A stretch of 64,000 nucleotides of DNA from Eledone cirrhosa (Eukaryota), in the NCBI GenBank assembly GCA_964016885.1, contig OZ024741.1, positions 6,758,001 to 6,822,000 on the forward strand. The letters are read 5' to 3'. Shown piece after piece: positions 30,001 through 41,672 of the stretch (positions are counted from its first letter, which is position 1; every line of letters begins with the position of its first letter). The position numbers were made by a program, and so were the translations under genes. The notes under the pieces were generated by a model. It was not told where the DNA came from, made no database searches, and worked only from the letters and a program-made list of their open reading frames with translations.

Positions 30001-33000
30001 CAGCAACAGTAGTAACAGTAGTAGTAGTAACAGTAGTAACAGTAATAACAGTAGTAACAGCAGCAGTAGTAACAGCAACAGTAATAACAGCAACAGTAAT
30101 AACAGCAACAGTAATAACAGCAACAGTAATAACAGCAACAGTAATAACAGCAACAGTAATAACAGCAACAGTAATAACAGCAACAGTAGTAACAGCAACA
30201 GTAGTAACAGCAACAGTAGTAACAGCAACAGTAGTAACAGCAACAGTAGTAACAGCAACAGTAGTAACAGCAACAGTAGTAACAGCAACAGTAGTAACAG
30301 CAACAGTAGTAACAGCAACAGTAGTAACAGCAACAGTAGTAACAGCAACAGTAGTAACAGCAACAGTAGTAACAGCAACAGTAGTAACAGCAACAGTAGT
30401 AACAGCAACTGTAGTAACAGCAACTGTAGTAACAGCAACTGTAGTAACAGCAACAGTAGTAACAGCAACAGTAGTAACAGCAACAGTAGTAACAGCAACA
30501 GTAGTAACAGCAACAGTAGTAACAGCAACAGTAGTAACAGCAACAGTAGTAACAGCAACAGTAGTAACAGCAACAGTAGTAACAGCAACAGTAGTAACAG
30601 TAGTAACAGCAACAGTAGTAACAGTAGTAACAGCAACAGTAGTAACAGTAGTAACAGCAACAGTAGTAACAGTAGTAACAGCAACAGTAGTAACAGTAGT
30701 AACAGCAACAGTAGTAACAGTAGTAACAGCAACAGTAGCAACAGTAGTAACAGCAACAGTAGTAACAGCAACAGTAGTAACAGTAGTAACAGTAGTAACA
30801 GCAACAGTAGTAACAGTAGTAACAGCAACAGTAGTAACAGTAGTAACAGCAACAGTAGTAACAGTAGTAACAGCAACAGTAGTAACAGTAGTAACAGCAA
30901 CAGTAGTAACAGCAACAGTAGTAACAGCAACAGTAGTAACAGCAACAGTAGTAACAGCAACAGTAGCAACAGCAACAGTAGCAACGGCAACAGTAGCAAC
31001 GGCAACAGTAGTAACGGCAACAGTAGTAACGGCAACAGTAGTAACGGCGACAGTAGTAACGGCGACAGTAGTAACGGCGACAGTAGTAACGGCGACAGTA
31101 GTAACGGCGACAGTAGTAACGGCGACAGTAGTAACGGCGACAGTCGTAACGGCGACAGTCGTAACGGCGACAGTCGTAACGGCGACAGTCGTAACGGCGA
31201 CAGTCGTAACGGCGACAGTCGTAACGGCGACAGTCGTAACGGCGACAGTCGTAACGGCGACAGTCGTAACGGCGACAGTCGTAACGGCGACAGTCGTAAC
31301 GGCAACAGTAGCAACAGTAGCAACAATAAAAGTAGTAACAGTAGCAACAGTAGCAACAATAACAGTAGTAACAGTAGCAACAGTAGCAACAATAACAGTA
31401 GCAACAATAACAGTAGCAACAGTAGTAACAGCAACAGTAGTAACAGTAACAGTAGTAACAGTAGTAGTAGTAGTAGTAGTAACAGTAGTAACAGCAACAG
31501 TAGTAGTAGTAACAGTAGTAACAGCAACAGTAGTAGTAGTAGTAACAGCAACAGTAGTAGTAGTAGTAACAGCAACAGTAGTAACACTAGCAGTAGTAAC
31601 AGTAACAACAGTAACAACAGTAGTAACAGTAGCAACATTAACAACAGTAACAACAGTAGCAACAGTAACAACAGTAGCAACAGTAGCAACAGTAACAACA
31701 GTAACAACAGTAGCAACAGTAGCAACAGTAACAGTAACAACAGTAGCAACAGTAGCAACAGTAACAACAGTAACAACAGTAGCAACAGTAGCAACAGTAG
31801 CAACAGTAGCAACAGTAGCAACAGTAACAGTAACAACAGTAGCAACAGTAGCAACAGTAGCAACAGTAACAACAGTAACAACAGTAGCAACAGTAGCAAC
31901 AGTAGCAACAGTAGCAACAGTAGCAACAGTAGCAACAGTAACAGTAACAACAGTAGCAACAGTAACAACAGTAACAACAGTAACAACAGTAGCAACAGTA
32001 GCAACAGTAGCAACAGTAGCAACAGTAGCAACAGTAGCAACAGTAACAACAGTAGCAACAGTAACAGTAACAACAGTAGCAACAGTAGCAACAGTAACAA
32101 CAGTAACAACAGTAACAACAGTAGTAACAGTAGTAACAGTAGCAACAGTAGCAACAGTAACAACAGTAGCAACAGTAGTAACTTTAGCAACAGTAGCAAC
32201 AGTAACAACAGTAGCAACAGTAACAACAGTAGCAACAGTAACAACAGTAGCAACAGTAACAACAGTAGCAACAGTAGTAACAGTAACAACAGTAACAACA
32301 GTAACAACAGTAGCAACAGTAGCAACAGTAACAACAGTAACAACAGTAACAACAGTAACAACAGTAGCAACAGTAGCAACAGTAACAACAGTAGCAACAG
32401 TAACAACAGTAGCAACAGTAGCAACAGTAGCAACAGTAGCAACAGTAACAACAGTAACAACAGTAACAACAGTAACAACAGTAGCAACAGTAACAACAGT
32501 AACAACAGTAACAACAGTAGCAACAGTAACAACAGTAGCAACAGTAGCAACAGTAGCAACAGTAGCAACAGTAGCAACAGTAGCAACAGTAACAACAGTA
32601 GCAACAGTAGCAACAGTAGCAACAGTAGCAACAGTAGCAACAGTAGCAACAGTAGCAACAGTAACAGTAACAACAGTAGCAACAGTAGCAACAGTAACAA
32701 CAGTAGCAACAGTAGCAACAGTAACAACAGTAACAACAGTAGCAACAGTAACAACAGTAACAACAGTAGCAACAGTAGCAACAGTAACAACAGTAACAAC
32801 AGTAGCAACAGTAGCAACAGTAGCAACAGTAACAACAGTAGCAACAGTAGCAACAGTAGCAACAGTAACAACAGTAGCAACAGTAACAACAGTAGCAACA
32901 GTAACAACATTAGTAACAGTAACAACAGTAGCAACAGTAGCAACAGTAGCAACAGTAGCAACAGTAGCAACAGTAGCAACTGTAACAACTGTAACAACAG

Positions 33001-33823
33001 TAGCAACAGTAACAACAGTAGCAACAGTAGCAACAGTAGCAACAGTAACAACAGTAACAACAGTAACAACAGTAGCAACAGTAGCAACAGTAGCAACAGT
33101 AACAACAGTAGTAACAGTAACAACAGTAGCAACAGTAGCAACAGTAGCAACAGTAGCAACAGTAGCAACAGTAGCAACAGTAGCAACAGTAGCAACTGTA
33201 ACAACTGTAACAACAGTAACAACAGTAGCAACAGTAGCAACAGTAGCAACAGTAACAACAGTAGTAACAGTAGTAACAGTAACAACAGTAGCAACAGTAG
33301 CAACAGTAGCAACAGTAGCAACAGTAGCAACAGTAGCAACAGTAGCAACTGTAACAACTGTAACAACAGTAGCAACAGTAACAACAGTAGCAACAGTAGC
33401 AACAGTAGCAACAGTAGCAACAGTAACAACAGTAACAACAGCAACAACAACAGCAGTAGTAAATGTAGCAACAGTAGCAACAGTAGCAACAGTAGCAACA
33501 GTAGCAACAGTAGCAACAGTAGCAACAGTAGCAACAGTAGCAACAGTAGCAACAGTAACAACAGTAGCAACAGTAGCAACAGTAGCAACAGTAGCAACAG
33601 TAACAACAGTAGCAACAGTAGCAACAGTAGCAACAGTAGCAACAGTAGCAACAGTAGCAACAGTAACAACAGTAGCAACAGTAACAACAGTAGCAACAGT
33701 AACAACAGTAACAACAGTAGCAACAGTAGCAACAGTAGCAACAGTAGCAACAGTAGCAACAGTAACAACAGTAGCAACAGTAACAACAGTAGCAACAGTA
33801 ACAACAACAACAGCAGTAGTAAA
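1..33823 (+). repeat. Giant triplet-based satellite (15-bp ACAGCAACAGTAGTA / ACAGCAACAGTAATA core; 9-bp ACAGTAGCA / ACAGTAACA domains), >33.8 kb, runs off the left edge
   Basis: Continuous tandem array built almost entirely from ACA/GCA/GTA/ATA triplets. The 15-mer dominates; 9-mer blocks at about 24.0-25.2 kb, 28.1-28.5 kb and 31.6-33.8 kb. Ends at ...cagcagtagtaaatgtaact. Confidence 0.99.
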
Positions 33824-33851
33824 TGTAACTCTACCTATTCTATCTTTACAG

Positions 33852-33914
33852 AGAACTCAGTGAACTAAGATTTGGTATTACTGACCAGACCAGAAATTTT
33901 ATCTTAGTGAACAA
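33852..33914 (+). CDS. HASPIN: Haspin kinase exon (first in window): ELSELRFGITDQTRNFILVN
   Basis: Acceptor ctacctattctatctttacag, donor gtaagt; 63 nt, phase 2/2. The peptide aligns by eye to human Haspin KELSLLSGEVCNRTEGFIGLN and joins the next exon in frame. Confidence 0.85.
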
Positions 33915-33956
33915 GTAAGTCTCCTCATGTGGGGTTTTGTTATTCTGGATGTCGGT

Positions 33957-35830
33957 CATGGAGGGAAATGGCGGTGTGGTGACCCATGGAGGGACATGGT
34001 GGTGTGGTGACCCATGGAGGGACATGGTGGTGTGGTGGACCATGGAGGGACATGGTGGTGTGGTGATCCATGGAGGGACATGGTGGTGTGGTGACCCATG
34101 GAGGGACATGGTGGTGTGGTGACTCATGGAGGGACATGGTGGTGTGGTGACCCATGGAGGGACATTGTGGTGTTGTGGACCATGGAGAGACATGGTGGTG
34201 TGGTGGACCATGGAGGGACATTGTGGTGTTGTGGACCATGGAGGGACATGGTGGTGTGGTGGACCATGGAGGGACATGGTGGTGTTGGTGGACCATGGAG
34301 GGACATGGTGGTGTGGTGACCCATGGAGGGACATGGTGGTGTTGGTGGACCATGGAGAGACATGGTGGTGTGGTGACCCATGGAGGGACATGGTGGTGTT
34401 GGTGGACCATGGAGCGACATGGTGGTGTGGTGGACCATGGAGGGACATGGTGGTGTTGGTGGACCATGGAGGGACATGGTGGTGTGGTGATCCATGGAGG
34501 GACATGGTGGTGTGGTGATCCATGGAGGGACATGGTGGTGTGGTGATCCATGGAGGGACATGGTGGTGTGGTGACCCATGGAGGGACATGGTGGTGTTGG
34601 TGGACCATGGAGGGACATGGTGGTGTGGTGACCCATGGAGGGACATGGTGGTGTGGTGACCCATGGAGGGACATGGTGGTGACTCATGGAGGGACATGGT
34701 GGTGTGGTGACCCATGGAGGGACATGGTGGTGACTCATGGAGGGACATGGTGGTGTGGTGACCCATGGAGGGACATGGTGGTGTGGTGACCCATGGAGGG
34801 ACATGGTGGTGTGGTGACCCATGGAGGGACATGGTGGTGACTCATGGAGGGACATGGTGGTGTGGTGACCCATGGAGGGACATGGTGGTGTTGGTGGACC
34901 ATGGAGAGACATGGTGGTGTGGTGACCCATGGAGGGACATGGTGGTGTTGTGGACCATGGAGGGACATGGTGGTGTGGTGGACCATGGAGGGACATGGTG
35001 GTGTTGGTGGACCATGGAGAGACATGGTGGTGTGGTGACCCATGGAGGGACATTGTGGTGTTGTGGACCATGGAGAGACATGGTGGTGTTGGTGGACCAT
35101 GGATGGACATGGTGGTGTGGTGGACCATGGAGGGACATGGTGGTGTGGTGGACCATGGAGGGACATTGTGGTGTTGTGGACCATGGAGGGACATGGTGGT
35201 GTGGTGGACCATGGAGGGACATGGTGGTGTGGTGGACCATGGAGGGACATGGTGGTGTGGTGGACCATGGAGGGACATGGTGGTGTTGGTGGACCATGGA
35301 GGGACATGGTGGTGTGGTGATCCGTGACCCATGGAGGGACATGGTGGTGTGGTGGACCATGGAGGGACATGGTGGTGTGGTGGACCATGGAGCGACATGG
35401 TGGTGTTGGTGGGCCATGGAGGGACATGGTGGTGTGGTGATCCGTGACCCATGGAGGGACATGGTGGTGTGGTGATCCATGGAGGGACATGGTGGTGTGG
35501 TGGACCATGGAGAGACATGGTGGTGTTGGTGGACCATGGAGAGACATGGTGGTGTTGGTGGGCCATGGAGGGACATGGTGGTGTGGTGACCCATGGAGGG
35601 ACATGGTGGTGTTGGTGGACCATGGAGGGACATGGTGGTGTGGTGACCCATGGAGGGACATGGTGGTGTGGTGACCCATGGAGGGACATGGTGGTGTTGG
35701 TGGACCATGGAGAGACATGGTGGTGTGGTGACCCATGGAGGGACATGGTGGTGTTGGTGGACCATGGAGGGACATGGTGGTGGTGGTGACCCATGGAGGG
35801 ACATGGTGGTGTTGGTGGACCATGGAGAGA
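33957..35830 (+). repeat. G-rich 28/29-bp minisatellite (CATGGAGGGACATGGTGGTGTGGTGACC), roughly 65 copies, intronic
   Basis: Tandem units 28 bp apart (e.g. 33985, 34013) with 23- and 29-bp variants. Explains the His/Pro/Trp-rich ORFs at 33846-35855. Confidence 0.97.
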
Positions 35831-36039
35831 TTGATATAGTGGTGGAGTGAACCATTGAATTAATTAATGAACAATTTGAAAGTATTTACTAAAATAATGA
35901 GGTCAACTTTGCTTTTCATTCATTCAAGATTGATATAAAAGGTACCAGTTTCGTATTGGGGTTGATTCTTCCTCTAAATCTCTTTCTCACTGCCATTTCC
36001 TCTCTATCCTTCTCTGGAAGAAATCCACTGTATTCTGAC

Positions 36040-36385
36040 CTTGAGAGGATTGGGCTCAGCCAGGTTTAAAAGCTTTCCTAGATATGCCATATGTCACTTT
36101 GTCGCCCTTATGACTCCTTCAGGAGTTACGGAACTAGAAACTAAAATAATTATTAAGATGGTATGTCTTCTTCCCCCACTTATTCCTGAGAGTGTCATGG
36201 GAGGCGAGAGTCCTGAAACACTCCTTCCAGCAGGTCCTGTCAGAAGCAACCATCTCCAACTGATCAGGCTGGATCTCCAAGACCAGCCAAGCTCATGGAT
36301 GTTATCCAACCATCTTGTTCGGTGTCTACCACTGGGTCTCCTGCCGGTTTGTTTTACCTGTAAAATCTGTCTAGTAAGATGGTAT
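36040..36385 (-). mobile_element. RTE-clade LINE 3' fragment (family B)
   Basis: Minus strand reads ..KPAGDPVV..RWLDNIHELGW, resembling the RTE C-terminal GRP..RW.D motif. The same sequence recurs at 39290-39520 and 45945-46220. Confidence 0.65.
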
Positions 36386-36576
36386 GTGTAATATAAATTT
36401 AATAAAAAGCTTTTGTCTTGGAAGATTTTAATTTAAATAGGAACCCCTTAAAATGTATAGTTTTGGTTCATAGAACCAGAGCTGATTTTTGGTAGCGTCA
36501 GTCACCCTTTATCTCATTGCTATTAACCTTATAAACTTACCTCATAAATCTAATATTTCTCTCTGTGTGTTTATAG

Positions 36577-36668
36577 TGTGAGCTGTGTAAAGGGAAAGTA
36601 CCCAGGACCATTAATGAAACAGTGGGACATTTTCCACAAGAATAAACAGTCTTATAATGACAGACCAG
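36577..36668 (+). CDS. HASPIN: Haspin kinase exon: VSCVKGKYPGPLMKQWDIFHKNKQSYNDRP
   Basis: Acceptor ttatag, donor gtcagt; 92 nt, phase 2/1. Matches Haspin VHCVQGSYP..LLKAWD....KGSANDRP. Confidence 0.92.
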
Positions 36669-36824
36669 GTCAGTATTATCACCATTTAGCGTCCATTTTG
36701 CCATGCTTGCATCTGTTAGACAGAGAATATGCATATAGGTAGTGTATGTATATTTAGGGTAGTTATTGATGGTAAATAGACTGGTTGGAACAATAATTGT
36801 TTCTACTTTTTGCACAAGGCCAGC

Positions 36825-36920
36825 AATAACCAAGTACATTACTGGTATTTTATTTTATCGACCTCGTGAGGATGAAGGGCAAAGGTAACCTTAGAGGGAT
36901 TTGAACTCAGATCATAAAGG
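36825..36920 (-). mobile_element. tRNA-derived SINE fragment
   Basis: actggtattttattttatcgacctc...gggatttgaactcag, with B-box-like GAGTTCAAATCC on the minus strand. A related copy is at 48670-48770. Confidence 0.6.
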
Positions 36921-37184
36921 GACTGGTTGGAACAACAATAATGGTCTTATTTATGTATATCTTGCTTTTTGTCACTAGAGAGTATCAATAGAAGGGCAAT
37001 AACTCTGTAAAATTATATTCTTGATAATCACAGTAATTATGAGCTTCTGTTAATTTAGTAATATTTCACTCTACTAATCTCAGTACTTTTACTAGCTTTA
37101 TGTTGTGTCGAATGCAGTGATTAAAATACCTAGATGATGATGATGATTATTGTTGGATACTGACCTATATATATATATATATAT

Positions 37185-37335
37185 GAATTTCGTATATATA
37201 AAGATATACAGTATGTTTAATGAATAGACATTTTGAAAGCCAAGCTATGACTATTGAAAGGTTGACGGCTAGCGCCATCTAGTGGATTCCAGCAGAAGCA
37301 GCGAGGGATAACTGCCAATACATATTTCAAACTTA
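37185..37335 (+). repeat. Interspersed repeat copy 1 carrying a CTCF-like motif
   Basis: Diverged reverse-complement match to 44286-44435. Contains GCGCCATCTAGTGG at 37272-37285. Confidence 0.65.
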
Positions 37336-37399
37336 ATGGTTGTCATCGAGAAGTGCTTCCTTGCTGCCTTCTGCTGGAATTTGAAAACTGGTGAGAATT

Positions 37400-38290
37400 A
37401 TCATCATCACTGTTTTACGTCCACTCTTCCACGCTAGCATGGGTTAGATGCGTTGTCCTGTTGTGGGCAGTGTTCAGTCGGCTGACCTTGTCTTGCTCAT
37501 ACAGGAACTGATTCTGGCTTGATTTCTGCAGCTGGATGCCCTTCCTAACACCAACCTCATTTACAGTGTGGGCTGGGTGCTTTTTCCGTGGCGCCTACAC
37601 ATCCACTTTACAGTGTGGACTGGGTGATTTCTTTCGTGACACCTCCACGACCACTTTGCAGTGGGAGGGGGTGGGGGCATATTATTTATATGCTTCAGCT
37701 TCAGCTTGGACCCATGGGAAGTTGGGTCTTCTGTGTTACTGCATAACACCAGAAGTCACGGTCCTGTGTCATCATCTTTGAGAGGTGTAATTGGGAAAGG
37801 TTCGCTTTTATCACCTCATCCCAGGTCTTCTTGGGTCTCCTCACTCCGCGGCTTCCATCGACTCCAGTGCTCTGCACCTTTTTATACAGCTGTCATCCTT
37901 CATACTCATCACATGTCCATACCAACGCAACCTCCTCTCCTGCACATGCCATTTGATTCCTCTTATGCTTAGTCTCACTCTCAATTTGTTTATGCTTTGC
38001 TGTTCATGTATATTACTATTACACATCCATCAGAGCATGCAAACTTCGTTTCTTACTAATCTACACAAGTCTTCTGTACACAGCACCCAGGTCTCACTAC
38101 CATGTAACATTGCTGTTCGTATACACACATCATACAGCCTGCCTTTCATTTTGAGGGAAAAGCCTTTTGCAGCTAGCAGTGGCAGTAGCTCTCTGAACTT
38201 TATCCATCCTGTTCTTACTCTAGTTACTGTACTTTCAGAACACCACCTCCGCTGCTAATTTGGTCACCTAGGTAGTAGAAGCTGTCTACT
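37400..38290 (-). mobile_element. RTE-clade LINE 3' end (family A) with long 3' UTR and (GAT)n tail
   Basis: Minus strand encodes ..GWIKFRELLPLL..KGRLY..GSETW..ERRLRWYGHVM with stops. It is followed by a UTR containing GGAAGGGCATCC and a tail ccatgctagcgtggaagagtggacgtaaaac..gatgat. Same layout at 57163-57930. Confidence 0.85.
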
Positions 38291-38623
38291 GTTTCTACAG
38301 AGCTCTCCCAGAGTTTGGTGGTGCTTGTTTCCTGTGGCTGTTTGTTGCTTAATGTTCCGCTGCAGCTGCTGCATGTGAAGCCTACATTCTTAACTAAGCT
38401 TCCTGAAATCCCACTACATCTTGTGTACCCATAGTTTGCATTTGGGGCAGAGGAGGGAATTTTTACCTACAACTTTCCTACATACTGAGTAAGGCTATTT
38501 CGCTGAGGAGGATCTGGGTTCTGTTTTCTCATCTACTTACGAGGCACCTGTGTAGGTGGGCAGATTAACCTCATTTGCATATGAAACTGTATAAGTTGGC
38601 TCAGCTTAAAAGTAGAATATTGA

Positions 38624-38658
<35 letters not shown>

Positions 38659-38964
38659 TATATAAGCTAAATATGCATCAAAACTGATGGTAAAATGAGG
38701 TTTGGCTTATAATCAAGGTTGATATTTTGTTGATTTTCACCAACTTCAAATTCTACGTAAATAAGGTGCTAAAATATCTGGAGAGATGATTTTACAAGGA
38801 AACACTGTTTTTCTACATTTACTATATTGTCATGAGTATTATTTATGCATTTCCTTGAGAACATTCTCAAGAAATTTTATAATTTGAACTTTTTAACACA
38901 TAAATATCACGCACGCACGCGTGCGCGTACACACACACGTACACACACATGTTCTATGGTGTAA

Positions 38965-39240
38965 TCATCATCGTATGTCCCCTTTTCATATTCCATAGGT
39001 TGGAATGTATTGTCTCTATTGGTGACCAGATGGTTAAGAGTGACCAATCTTACTCAATGTGTTCCATATTTGGCATGGTTTCTATGGCTGGCTGTTCTTC
39101 CTAACACCAACCACCTTACACATAGTGTTGGCTATATTTTTCATGACACCAGCATGGGTGTGTTTTTATGTGACACCAGCACTATCATATTACAGAATGG
39201 ACTGGGTGTATTTTATGGTAACAGCACTAGGACTGGAAAT
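38965..39240 (-). mobile_element. SINE / RTE-UTR-type fragment
   Basis: Contains ggctggctgttcttcctaacaccaacc, similar to the motif at 37531-37556 and in the 61-bp array, plus a catcatc tail remnant. Confidence 0.5.
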
Positions 39241-39289
39241 ATCTATAGTCAAAAGCATTCCACTAACTTTGTAACCTAGTATTACATTT

Positions 39290-40060
39290 GCCAGTGTATG
39301 TTTCCAGCGGTCCTGTTAATAGCAACCATCTCCAACTGATCTGGCTGGATTACCAAGTGACACCAACCAAGCTCATGGATGTTATCCAACCATAATGCTT
39401 GGTGTTTAACCCTGGGTCTTCTGCCGGCTGGTTTTGCCTGTCAAATATATCCAGTGATTCTTTCCTGAGACATTCTAACCACATGTCCATAATATGAGAG
39501 CTGTGATCTCTCAAATCTCTCCAGTGATTCTTTCCTGTGACATTCTATCCACATACCCATAGTATTAGAGCTATGATCTTACATTCTTTCCAGAGACATT
39601 CTATCCACATACCCATAGTATTAGAGCTATGATCTTACATTCTTTCCTGTGACATTCTATCCACATACCCATAGTATTAGAGCTATGATCTTACATTCTT
39701 TCCAGAGACATTCTATCCACATACCCATAGTATTAGAGCTATGATCTTACATTCTTTCCTGTGACATTCTATCCACATACCCATAGTATTAGAGCTATGA
39801 TCTTACATTCTTTCCAGAGACATTCTATCCACATACCCATAGTATTAGAGCTATGATCTTACATTCTTTCCAGAGACATTCTATCCACATGTCCATAGTA
39901 TTAGAGCTATGATCTTACATTCTTTCCAGAGACATTCTATCCACATGTCCATAGTATCAGAGCTGAGATCTCTCAATTTGGAGAAGTAGTGTATGCTCTC
40001 ATTTCTTAAAAATTTAGCTGCTACCTTTAGCTGATCAAGAGACAGTGGATACTTCCCTTA
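39290..40060 (-). mobile_element. RTE-clade LINE 3' fragment (family B) with internal 56-bp tandem amplification
   Basis: Shares ccatctccaactgatc..caagctcatggatgttatccaaccat with the 36040 and 45945 copies. Minus strand reads ..YYGHVVRMSQE.. Confidence 0.75.
39527..39965. repeat. 56-bp minisatellite, about 8 copies
   Basis: Unit attctttcctgtgacattctatccacatacccatagtattagagctatgatcttac; starts at 39527, 39583 and onward. Confidence 0.95.
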
Positions 40061-40201
40061 CTCCTGTAATCTGGTGATGTGCAACAATAAAACAACACAA
40101 TATTTATTTTTTTTCTCGGTTATGTTATTTACTTCACCATTACCCAGTTTTCTTAAAGAGAAAGAAGGTAACTGCTGTCTTTGTTTTGAAATTCTTTCCA
40201 G

Positions 40202-40275
40202 ATATATTTTCCTGTGACCAACTCTTTGTGGTATTTGAATTTGGAGATGGCGGTAATACTTTGGAAGAATTCAAA
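40202..40275 (+). CDS. HASPIN: Haspin kinase exon: (D)IFSCDQLFVVFEFGDGGNTLEEFK (hinge region)
   Basis: Acceptor attctttccag, donor gtaatt; 74 nt, phase 1/0. Matches Haspin DFFKDDQLFIVLEFEFGGIDLE. Confidence 0.92.
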
Positions 40276-40704
40276 GTAATTCCATTATATTTTTTGTTTT
40301 ACTAATTTACAGTCATAGTTTATTTTTATTATGTATGTGGGTTGCATATATTTGTAAAGTTCTACATTTGCATATTGTTGAAATAATTGCTTTTACGGAG
40401 GGAGGCCGACTACTCTTGTTAAATACTCCAATATGAAGCAAAGTAGGAACCTGTTTGTTAACTATGTAAAGAGTTATTTCCCCTTAATCCTTGCGTCGGA
40501 GTTTTGAATTCACTCATGTGATTCAGTAAGTTGTCCTCCCAACCATTGAACCTCCTCCTCCTTCCATTCCCATCCTCCCCCTCTTCTTTCCCATCCTCCT
40601 CTTCTTCCCCCCCTCCTCCTTATCATCATCACCGTTTAACGTCCATATCTTTGTTAGACAAGTCAGGTGACCATGTCCTGCTGGTACATTCCATTTTGGC
40701 TTGA

Positions 40705-41672
40705 TTTTCTACAGCTGGATGTCCTTCCTAACACCTACCACATTACAGAGTGTACTGGGTGTATGGTTTCTACAGCTGGATATCCTTCCTAACACCTACC
40801 ACATTACAGAGTGTACTGGGTGTATGGTTTCTATGGCTGGATGTCCTTCCTAACACCTACCACATTACAGAGTGTACTGGGTGTATGGTTTCTACAGCTG
40901 GATGTCCTTCCTAACACCTACCACATTACAGAGTGTACTGGGTGTATGGTTTCTATGGCTGGATGTCCTTCCTAACACCTACCACATTACAGAGTGTACT
41001 GGGTGTATGGTTTCTATGGCTGGATGTCCTTCCTAACACCAACCACATTACAGTGTACTGGGTGTATGGTTTCTATGGCTGGATGTCCTTCCTAACACCA
41101 ACCACATTACAGAGTGTACTGGGTGTATGGTTTCTATGGCTGGATGTCCTTCCTTACACCAACCACACTACAGAGTGTACTGGGTGTATGGTTTCTATGG
41201 CTGGATGTCCTTCATTACACCAACTACACCACAGAGTGTACTGGGTGTATGATTTCTATGGCTGGATGTCCTTCCTTACACCAACCACATTACAGAGTGT
41301 ACTGGGTGTATGGTTTCTATGGCTGGATGTCCTTCCTAACACCAACCACATTACAGAGTGTACTGGGTGTATGGTTTCTATGGCTGGATGTCCTTCCTTA
41401 CACCAACCACATTACAGAGTGTACTGGGTGTATGGTTTCTATGGCTGGATGTCCTTCCTTACACCAACCACATTACAGAGTGTACTGGGTGTATGGTTTC
41501 TATGGCTGGATGTCCTTCCTAACACCAACCACATTACAGAGTGTACTGGGTGTATGGTTTCTATGGCTGGATGTCCTTCCTAACACCAACCAGATTACAG
41601 AGTGTACTGGGTGTATGGTTTCTATGGCTGGATGTTCTTCCTAACACCAACCACATTACAGAGTGTACTGGG
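40705..41672. repeat. 61-bp minisatellite, about 16 copies, amplified from a SINE/RTE-UTR core
   Basis: Unit gggtgtatggtttctatggctggatgtccttcctaacaccaaccacattacagagtgtact. It is preceded at 40622-40700 by the same catcatc..gtttaacgtcc tail seen in dispersed copies. Confidence 0.95.

Noticed and set aside
3673-33810. Poly-leucine ORFs on the minus strand
   Set aside because: Antisense reading of the NNA-triplet satellite gives only CTN/TTR codons; no coding evidence.
1-33823. Ice-binding, antifreeze or mucin-like giant protein (TxT repeats)
   Set aside because: No signal peptide, unique domain or plausible terminal exon in view. The frame cannot gain stops by single substitutions, and the position immediately before a Haspin acceptor indicates intron.
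33846-35855. His/Pro/Cys/Trp-rich ORFs on both strands
   Set aside because: Translations of a 28/29-bp minisatellite whose unit is not a multiple of 3; the same peptides cycle through all frames.
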